From NCBI GenBank assembly GCA_043228905.1, contig JBHGNT010001198.1, positions 1 to 11,057 of the forward strand: a stretch of 11,057 nt of DNA, read 5' to 3'. The position numbers and the translations under genes were made by a program. This DNA is from Azolla caroliniana. Taxonomy: Eukaryota > Plantae > Polypodiophyta. Of this stretch, positions 1-7,022 are shown in pieces (position 1 is the stretch's first letter; every line of letters begins with the position of its first letter). Below the pieces are notes generated by a model, which did no database searches, was not told the origin of the DNA, and saw only the letters and a list, made by a program, of their open reading frames with translations.

Positions 1-19
1 ACGCCTCACACTTGAGCTT

Positions 20-28
20 GAGGGGGCG
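20..28 (+). other. Polypurine tract (PPT) of a Copia-like LTR retrotransposon
   Basis: GAGGGGGCG directly abuts the TGTTG LTR start; the TTGAGGGGGNG-TGTTG context is typical of plant Ty1/copia 3' ends. Confidence 0.75.
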
Positions 29-466
29 TGTTGAGATATCAAACTCAACTAGTTTAATCTAGTTAGTCAACACATGTAACTTAATAGTTACCTAGATCGA
101 ATCTAGTTAATGTGTTGACCTTAAGCCTTTAAATAGGACCTTGTACTTAAGTGGGATATTCTAGATCCTCCACTCCTTAGTACATTTAATGTAGGACTTA
201 CACATAAGTACCTATGTTCTACCCACACATGTGCATCTTTGCACATGGGTTGTATATATACCTCATTGTGGGTATTTTTGTAGTTCATGACACTTTTCAA
301 TATAGTCAATTATCCCCCATTTATCTTTGTGTTCAAGTGTAACTTCCTCTCTCTCTCTCTTCCTCTCACACACTCTCACGTGCATATCATACTAATCTTC
401 CACTGCTTAACGTAACCATATAATTAGTCTCTAATTAACCCTAGTTAATTACCTAATTACTTAACA
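29..466 (+). mobile_element. 3' LTR (438 bp) of a Copia-like retrotransposon whose body lies left of the window
   Basis: Starts TGTTGAG (29-35) and ends CTTAACA (460-466), a 6/7 inverted terminal repeat; preceded by a PPT; similarity of gag A1 to gag A2 stops at about 467. Predicted right TSD copy is ATATG (467-471). The superfamily call rests on PPT/terminus context only. Confidence 0.8.
343..378 (+). repeat. (CT)7-centred CT/CA-rich microsatellite inside the Copia-like LTR
   Basis: cttcctctctctctctcttcctctcacacactctc read directly. Confidence 0.85.
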
Positions 467-1293
467 ATATGAGTCTTCGGAAAAGGTTTTGCTACCACTG
501 AGGCGTAGGTGGGCTCTGATCTTGCCCTCGGCATCTGGAATTGTTGTTCTGAACGTCGTTCGAAAAGGCGGTTGTCGCATCTCACCACGCGACTGATTGC
601 TTTTGTTAATGACTTTGGTTCTTCAAGGAAGGTCAAGAGTAAATCCTTCACATCATTGCGTAAACCATAACGAAATTGCTCCATCAATGCTTGATCATCC
701 CAAGGCATATCGGCGGCGAGTAAGCAGAAATCTACAGCGTATGCGGAGGCTAGACGATCACCTTGGCGTAATCGTCGGATTTTGTTGATTGTTGTCCTTA
801 TGCTGTCAGTATCTCCAAAACAGGCTTTAAACTCACTTATAAATTCTTCAAAATTGTTTAGTAATGGAGATTCCTTTTCCAACAACGGAGTGAATCCTGC
901 CAATGTTAAGCCACTAAGTAGAGTGACTATTAGTCCCACTCGTGATGCATCGGTGGGATATCGAAAAGGATGCATTTGAATCACTAAACTTACCTTATTC
1001 AAAAAACCTCTAAACTGTGATCGGGTCCCATCAAATTTTGCAGGAAGACCAATCTTGGGTCCTTTGTGAATCCCTTGAGTGCTTGATCCTTGTTGTTGTA
1101 GTGATACAATAGTCGCTTCAAGTTATTGTACACGTAACGTCAGCTCCCCGTATTGTTGTTGTTTTTCCAACACTATTTGTTGAAGATCCCCCAACAAACG
1201 GTGATTTTCTTGTTCTAGTGCTACAAATTTCTTTATTAAGCACTGGAGCTCCAAGAAAACAGATTGGTATTCTTGAGCGCTAACAGTTTCCAT
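467..1293 (-). pseudogene. gag: Retrotransposon gag (sushi/PEG10-like capsid), disrupted
   Basis: ATG at 1293 (METVSAQEYQ), coiled-coil-like N-terminus, in-frame TAA at 1123-1125, then PKIGLPAKFDGTRSQFRGFL ... LRQGDRLASAYAVDF ... QFRYGLRNDVKD; cut at 467 by the Copia-like LTR. ORF 457..1002 is this frame running into the LTR. Confidence 0.9.
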
Positions 1294-1433
1294 TTTACTA
1301 CGGAGGATAAGAGGATTAGTATGAAGGGAAAAAAGGGGTAAGAAGATGAGGGAAACCGGAAAAAAGACCGGAAAAAAAGGGATATGAAAGAAGATAAAAG
1401 GAAGAGGAGGAAAGGAGGAGACAAAACGAGGGA

Positions 1434-1447
1434 AAATCGGTTCAAAC
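1434..1447 (-). promoter_or_regulatory. Primer-binding site of A1 (non-tRNA, self-priming type)
   Basis: Minus strand reads ..TGACA GT TTGAACCGATTT; lacks the TGG needed to pair with tRNA CCA; complementary to AAATTGGTTCAA at 1689-1678 in its own LTR (11 Watson-Crick pairs plus 1 G:U). Confidence 0.8.
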
Positions 1448-1541
1448 TGTCAAGAATAGTACTGAGACAGAGAAGAAATTAGTACTAAGAGAGGAATATT
1501 AGTACTAAGAGGAATAGAGGGTGTAGAACACTCGAGAGAAG

Positions 1542-1584
1542 GAGTGAGTGAGTGAGTGAGTGAGTGAGTGAGTGAGTGAGTGAG
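1542..1584 (+). repeat. (GAGT)10 microsatellite in the R/U5 part of LTR A1
   Basis: Ten perfect GAGT units plus GAG. Confidence 0.95.
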
Positions 1585-1715
1585 AGAGTGAGAGATCGAG
1601 GGAGAGAAAATGATGATGACAACGATATATTATGTGAGAAGAATATACAAGGAAGGTTAGGAGGCTTAAGACTGGCGTTGAACCAATTTGGTTCGAAATA
1701 ATGCCTTGGGCCTCC

Positions 1716-1722
1716 TTTTATA
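1716..1722 (-). promoter_or_regulatory. TATA box of LTR A1
   Basis: TATAAAA on the minus strand; positionally conserved with TATAAAT at 8464-8458 in LTR A2. Confidence 0.75.
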
Positions 1723-1736
1723 GTGTTCTCAAGAGT

Positions 1737-1791
1737 AGTCCTAAAGCTTCTAGAATGTTCCAGAGAAATCTGGAATATTCATTAATTTTCT
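1737..1791. promoter_or_regulatory. Heat-shock-element (nGAAn/nTTCn) array in U3 of LTR A1
   Basis: Triplets at 5-nt steps from 1748: TTC GAA TTC GAG ATC GAA TTC TAA TTC; includes the perfect HSE cTTCtaGAAtgTTCc (1747-1761). Confidence 0.75.
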
Positions 1792-1826
1792 ATAGTAAAA
1801 CTTAAATAAAAATATCCTATGTATGA

Positions 1827-1898
1827 CAATAGATAGTGTAATGGTCAAGAGCTTGACCTATGTAACATAAGGTCATGGGTTCGGGTCTTGCCATATCA
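1827..1898 (+). other. tRNA-like (Pol III A-box/B-box) relic at the U3 edge of LTR A1, antisense to the element
   Basis: TAGTGTAATGG (1834-1844), AGGTC (1870-1874) and GGTTCGGGTC (1878-1887); T8-to-T54 distance is 46 nt as in tRNA; acceptor and anticodon stems do not pair. Confidence 0.6.
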
Positions 1899-1903
1899 TG
1901 ACA

Positions 1904-2270
1904 CCGAGATGATCTCGGAAAGCGTCATTCATCGCTTGTTGGAATGTGGTTGGAGCATTAGTCAACCCGAAAGGCATGACTAAAACTCATAATGTCCATA
2001 GCGCATATGAAAACCGGTGTTAGGAATATCATCTTCGGCAATGCGAAATGGATGTGATGATAACTTGTTCCTAAGTCAATTTTCGTAACATATCGGGCCT
2101 CATGCAAACAATCAATCAAATCATCGGTACAAGGTAACGGATATGCATTTTTAATTGTCATTTTGTTCAAACGGTGATAATTGATACACATTCGCCAACA
2201 ACCGTCCTTCTTCTTAACTAATAGAACTGGTGCACCCTAAGGTGATTTACTATACCTAATGTGGCCCATA
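1904..2270 (-). pseudogene. pol: Gypsy reverse transcriptase fragment (element B)
   Basis: [37 protein letters not shown]..KIDL, then frameshifted [31 protein letters not shown]; cut by LTR A1 shortly before the expected YxDD. Confidence 0.9.
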
Positions 2271-2297
2271 CTCAAGTATCTCCTGTAATCGACTAAG

Positions 2298-2978
2298 TCA
2301 ATAACCTTGAATGGTCACAAGAGCAGCACGAGGAATGAGTTCAATTTGGTGGTCCACATTATGTTTTCTTGGTAAAGTAAGCGGCAATTCGTTAGAAAAC
2401 ACGACTTGAAAATCATCTAAATTTGAGTCGAGTAATTGTCGTTCATAAATTGGTAATTGTGTGGCATCAAGATTAAAATAATAAAATTGAAGCGCATGAT
2501 CAATTACACATGAATAAATTGATGAACTAGAATACTCACTTAAAGGTTTAGAAGACACAAGTGAACGAGAAGGAAGTTTGGAACATTGAATAAAATGTTT
2601 ACAATTATTAAGTTCAAATGTGATTGAGTGATTAACCCAATCAATGGACAAAGAAGGGTTTTTATTAAAAAACCAAGGATATCCAAAAATAACATCTGCG
2701 GATTGTACTTTCATTACATGAAAGTCAAGCTTCTCCAAATAGGTATCTATTTGAATTGGCAGTTGACAAACAATGCCACTAATGTATTGAACGCCTCCAT
2801 TTGTCATGTGAACTTGATAGATATGATCACTTACGTTTATGTGGAATTGCATTTGCTGCACCAAGTGATCATTAAGAAAATTGTGAGAACTACCGGAATC
2901 AAACAAGAAATGTGTTTGTGGTCCATTTATATACCCGAGTGCTCGGTCCAAGTAAATATGAAGGAAAAGTGCATTCAC
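2298..2978 (-). pseudogene. pol: Gypsy aspartic protease and linker (element B)
   Basis: FLFDSGSSHNF (DSG at 2892-2900), DVIFGYPW, and the pre-RT linker VFSNELPLTLPRKHNVDHQIEL. Confidence 0.88.
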
Positions 2979-3079
2979 ATGAACTTAAGTGGTTAGTATG
3001 AACATCAATAACATCAAAAGACTCACATTTGTGATTCGTAGATTTGTCTTGTGGAGGGTTGTTCATTGACTTCCTCTCA

Positions 3080-3521
3080 AGATGACAACTAGTATCCTTT
3101 GTGTGGCCCCGCTTCTTGCAATATGCACAGAAGAGGTTCAGTTTCTTTGAGTCACGGTCAAGACTGTCATTGGATTGCTTACGTTTCCCAATGAATTTGA
3201 CATTCGGAGTTTTGGTGAACTCGGGCTTATTGTGCTCTTTCTTGAAGTCTTACGGTACCGACATACAACGTTGACGACTTCCTTGAAAGTTCTGGGGTCC
3301 TTGTCATGGACAATCCAATGGTAATCCCCATTGGGAATACCATTCAAAAAACAAGTGACAAACCATTTCTCACCCGTAAGTCCCGATTTTTGGATCTGGG
3401 TCCGAGCATGATGCACATAATCCTCGAGAAAGGTAAATGGTTTGCTCGACAATGTAAGCAAAGATGTCTTTCTCAGATCTCTATCTTGAATAATCATGGT
3501 GGCTCCTTGAGGCTCAACCAT
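3080..3521 (-). pseudogene. gag: Short gag with frameshifted zinc knuckle (element B)
   Basis: ORF 3138..3521 (FLNGIP..PRTFKEVV) followed in another frame by CAYCKKRGHTKDTSC at about 3085-3129. Confidence 0.7.
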
Positions 3522-3540
3522 GGCTCTAGCATCAATGTAA
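3521..3540 (-). promoter_or_regulatory. LTR end (TTACA) and degenerate tRNA-iMet-type PBS of element B
   Basis: Minus strand TTACA-T-TGATGCTAGAGCCA matches TGGTATCAGAGCCA at 10/14, all mismatches transitions. Confidence 0.45.
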
Positions 3541-3617
3541 TTTCCTAGTTAGCCTTATATTAAAATGCCAACTCAACATGTATTGATATGGTCGAGAAAG
3601 TGTATTACGTGCAAAAA

Positions 3618-3950
3618 CAAGTGCACTCGTAAGTAATATTTTACACCATTCTATGCATATGGAGGCTATCATCCTCACCGGTGTTTATTTGAAACTCCCA
3701 AATTACCCACAAATCCTAGTGCACAAGATCATTTGGGGCGACTACACAAGATTTAGGCAGAACTTTCTAACATTCTATATCATGCCTAACAAACACAAAA
3801 AGACTATGCAGATTGGCATCGGCTTCCATCATGTTTTTAATATTGGAGATCAAGTATGGCTATTACGATGACACATAAAGACAAGTCGTCCATGTGCCAA
3901 ATTGGATTATCAACGGTTTTATCATTAATGGAAAAATCAATGATGTCACT
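3618..3950 (+). pseudogene. pol: Integrase C-terminal (GPY/F-region) fragment, inverted relative to A2
   Basis: VHS..TPFYAYGGYHP ... QKDYADWHR ... FNIGDQVWLLR*HIKTSRPCAKLDYQRF..GKINDVT read across frameshifts on the + strand. Confidence 0.85.
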
Positions 3951-5776
3951 TTATATGCAAATTTGGCAAAGTGTAATATATCCACCCAATCATCTTGTTG
4001 ATAATTTATCAAACACCGAAGATATTGCTCTAGCATTTTATTTGCACGTTATGCTTGTCCATCTGTTTCGGGATGGTAGCCGGAGGACCATACTTGATTG
4101 TTGTGACCGTGAACAAGATGCACTAGTGGGATCAATCTGATCTAAGATATCTTGAGGAAAGACATCTATCTTCTGATCCTGACGAATAGTATCAATAATC
4201 CTGGAATCCAATGGAATATCAAAAACCATAGCTACTTGAAGTCGTGCAGGACCCAGGATTACCTTTTTATTATTATCGAAGGCCGGATCACCAGGGCGAG
4301 GTGCTAGATACGAGCATCATGATAATGCATCTGCCTTCACTTGTTGCTTGCCCAGACGAAATGTAATCTTGAAGTCGAAATGAGTGAGAAATTGAGCCCA
4401 CCAAGCTTGTCATCTATTTAATACATGAGCATTCTGGAAATAGGTGAGGTTCTTGTTATCACCAAATACAGTGATTGGATGAGGAGATCCTTCTAGGAAA
4501 TGTCGCCATTGTGCAAAGAAATCAACTATAGCTAATAATTCCTTGTCATGTACCTAATAGTTGATTTCGGCAATATCAAATTTGCGCAAGTGGAAAACCA
4601 TTGGATGTAGCTTCTCATCATCACCTTGTTTTGACAAAATACTACCAAATGCAAAATCCGACACATCTGGTTCAATAATAAATGGATTTTGCGGATCAAC
4701 CATGAGCTAGAATAAGGACCGATGTAAATGATTTCTTGAGATCCACAAAAGAATTATTTGCTTCATTAGTTCAAACAAATGATTGATCCTTCTTTGTGAG
4801 TTGTGTGAGAGGCAAAATAAGCTTTGAGTAGTCCTGTATAAACTTGCGATAGAAATTTACAAATCCTAGAAAACATTGCACGTCTCGCACCAATCTTGGA
4901 GTTTGCCATTCTAACATTGTTTGGAGTCTGGACCTTAGTTGAATCCATAGAAATTCCTTCAAAGGAGATGACATAGCCTAGGAATTCCACTTGTTTACAA
5001 TCAAAACTACATTTTCAAGTTTTGCATAAAGACAATGTTCTCGTAGTCATTTTAGTACAAACCATTCATGAGAATCATGGACTTCTTGTATTTTTTAATA
5101 AATTAGTAGATCACCCAGGTAGATGATTAGACAGATGTCCAAAAGATCTCGAAAAATGTCATTTGCCATGTGCCAAAAAACTGTTGGTGCATTGGTGAGC
5201 CCAAATGGCATAACTATTGAATTGTTGACTCCTCCTTAATGACACTAGAAGGCTTCACTAATACTGCAAATAAAAACAGTTGTTCTTTTTGTCCTTCCTT
5301 AGGTAATTGATGTAGGGAAATGGTTGAAATTCTATTCATGAGTGGATGCTTGAGATTTCCGATATTTGATTTCTCTCATTCTTCTATTGATTTTGGGGTT
5401 GTGTAATTTGAACCATGGTAACCCCAAGATAATTGGATGCTCTGGGCTACTAATTATATTAAATGATATTACACATACCAGATTATCTAGGATAACACAA
5501 ACCGGTTTTGAATCTTCTACGATATTTCCAAAAGCCATGGGCCGACTATCAATGACTACTACAGAAGTTGGGTAAGGACGTTTTCTTAGAGATATCTGAC
5601 GAACTTGAGCAAAATTCCTATCCATGAAGCAATAATTAGCCCCAACGGGTTGCTTGGAGTACTAACTTCTACTTGAGCTAAGAACACCTTGCTAAATTGC
5701 TTAGAAGAAATGGAACCACTAATGGGCTACACAGATCCAAGGCTTTCCAACCAAACGACTCCTATTTTGGCTTGAC
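3951..5776 (-). pseudogene. pol: pol of A2: protease, RT C-half, RNase H and end of the integrase core
   Basis: GANYCFMDRNF..IILGLPW (PR); [14 protein letters not shown] (5110-5121, from YLDD); FLGFVNFYRKFIQDYS; PFIIEPDVSDFAFG..NY*VHDKELLAIV..DNKNL..KADALS (RNase H); SSGYHPETDGQ..LEQYLRCLINYQQDDW..FAY (IN). Many stops and frameshifts. Confidence 0.92.
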
Positions 5777-6879
5777 TTAATCATTTAACTCTTCTTCTAG
5801 TTCACTGAGGACTTCAAATTTGTTTAATAAACTTGGACTACTAGGATTATCAGATACTCCTAATGAAATAGACTCGGGTTTAGTAATAGCAACCATGTGA
5901 TTTATTTGTCTTCTTGGCTTATGCCCTAGACCGTCACAATATAAACATACGCGATTTTCTCAGCGTCATTGTTTTTCTTCTTCCAAAAATGGTTCATGAC
6001 GATGTGTTGTGTCAATTTCCATTGGTGTTGGCGGATTTGCAGAGGATGCATTATATTATTCCTTTGGGAAGTGTTTTGATATGATTGATGTGTATGTGAG
6101 CTCTGATCTTGTCCTTGGCATTTGTAGCTATTGTTCTAAATGTTGTTCGAAAAGACGATTATCGTATCGCATCACTCGACTGATTGCCTCCGTGAGCGAC
6201 TGTGGTTCTTTAGGGAAAGTCACGAGTGAATCTTTGACGTCATTGCGTAGGCCAAACCGAATCTGCTCCATCAATGCTTGGTCACCCCATGGAAAATCAG
6301 TTGTGAGTACACGGAAATCCACAGCATAAACTAAGCCTAGACGATCTCCTTGACACAATCTTCAGATTTTATTGATTGTTGTCCCAACTCTATTGGTATC
6401 TCCAAAATATGCTTTAAACTCGTTAATAAACTCCTTGAGATTATTTAGCAAAGGAGATTCTTTTTCTAACAAAGGGGCAAACCATGCTAACGTTGTACCA
6501 CTAAGTAATGTGCCTACTAGCCCCATTCGTGATGCATCGGTGGGATATCGAGAAGGATACATTTGAATCACCAAGCATACCTAATTAAGGAACCCTTTGA
6601 ACTGTGATCGCATCTCATCAAATTTCATGGGGAGACCAATCTTGGGTTCCCTTGAGTACTTGGTCCTTGTTGTTGTAACGACACGATTGTTGCTTCCAGT
6701 TGTTGCACTCATAACGCCAACTCCCCATGTTGTTGTTGCGTTTGTTGATTTTCTAAACTGATTTGTTGAAGATCCCCCAACAAATATTGATTTTCTTGTT
6801 CCAGTGCTACAAACTTTTCCTTCAAGCACTAAAGCTATGAAAAGATGGATTGGTATTCTTGTGCGCTTACAATTGCCAT
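5777..6879 (-). pseudogene. gag: gag of A2 with partial CCHC knuckle
   Basis: ATG at 6879 (MAIVSAQEYQ), EPKIGLPMKFD, YPTDASRMGLVGTLLSG, PTPMEIDT, CLYCDGLGHK (last Cys lost), ending EEELND* at 5777; colinear with gag A1. Confidence 0.9.
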
Positions 6880-6940
6880 TTAACACTGGAGGAAGAATCG
6901 ATAAGAAGATTGATATTAGAGGAAGGGAGGATAAGAAGGG

Positions 6941-6954
6941 AATTCAGTTCAAAC
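6941..6954 (-). promoter_or_regulatory. Primer-binding site of A2 (self-priming type)
   Basis: Minus strand TGACA GT TTGAACTGAATT is 12/12 complementary to AATTCAGTTCAA at 8431-8420. Confidence 0.82.
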
Positions 6955-6996
6955 TGTCAAAAATAGTACGAGAAACTGAGGATTAGTACTAGAGAT

Positions 6997-7022
6997 AGAA
7001 GAGAGAGAGAGAGAGAGAGAGA
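6997..7022 (+). repeat. AGAA(GA)11, left copy of the LINE target-site duplication
   Basis: The same AGAA(GA)n starts at 8231. Confidence 0.8.

Larger units (their letters stand above)
467..1903 (-). mobile_element. Ty3/gypsy element A1 (Tf1/sushi/Tcn1-like): 5' LTR, PBS, leader and interrupted gag
   Basis: LTR with TGTCA..TGACA ends, adjacent PBS, pyrimidine-rich leader (1294-1433 on -) and gag; colinear with copy A2 at 5777-8647. Confidence 0.9.
1448..1903 (-). mobile_element. 5' LTR of A1 (456 bp)
   Basis: TGTCAAGA (1448-1455) and TCATGACA (1896-1903) form a 7/8 inverted repeat; homologous to 6955-7022 plus 8231-8647; unrelated RT sequence starts at 1904 (predicted TSD CCGAG). Confidence 0.92.
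1904..3615 (-). mobile_element. Ty3/gypsy element B (different family): LTR remnant, PBS, gag, protease and RT N-half, decayed
   Basis: Order gag-CCHC-PR-RT on the minus strand; gag is not similar to family A; the right boundary is uncertain (~3615-3645). Confidence 0.8.

Noticed and set aside
121-309. Remaining short ORFs (121..309, 2628..2996, 3306..3548, 6009..6329, 7635..7862, 9105..9344) as genes
   Set aside because: They lie within an LTR or antisense to recognisable retroelement coding relics and carry no recognisable motif.
782-979. Similar + strand ORFs at 782..979 and 6372..6566 as a conserved antisense gene
   Set aside because: They are shadows of the homologous gag segments, start at non-ATG codons and show no independent motif.
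467-1293. A domesticated PEG10/RTL-like host gene
   Set aside because: It has an in-frame stop, is truncated by an LTR insertion and retains its own LTR and PBS.
1236-1445. Hydrophobic 69-aa ORF as a membrane or env-like peptide
   Set aside because: It is a translation of the pyrimidine-rich leader, starts at TTG, and the A2 leader is half the length with no equivalent ORF.
1827-1898. A functional tRNA gene
   Set aside because: Acceptor and anticodon stems do not pair and no anticodon can be assigned; kept only as a tRNA-like relic.
1904-1918. Palindrome CCGAGAT-G-ATCTCGG at the A1 insertion site as a targeting signal
   Set aside because: It is explained by RT codons (FRDHLG), and the A2 insertion site has no comparable dyad.
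3536-3645. A complete 110-bp LTR bounded by TGTAA..TTACA for element B
   Set aside because: The TTACA at 3641-3645 overlaps the ACA CCA TTC (TPF) codons of the inverted integrase, which already reads VHS at about 3621, so this end is probably coincidental.
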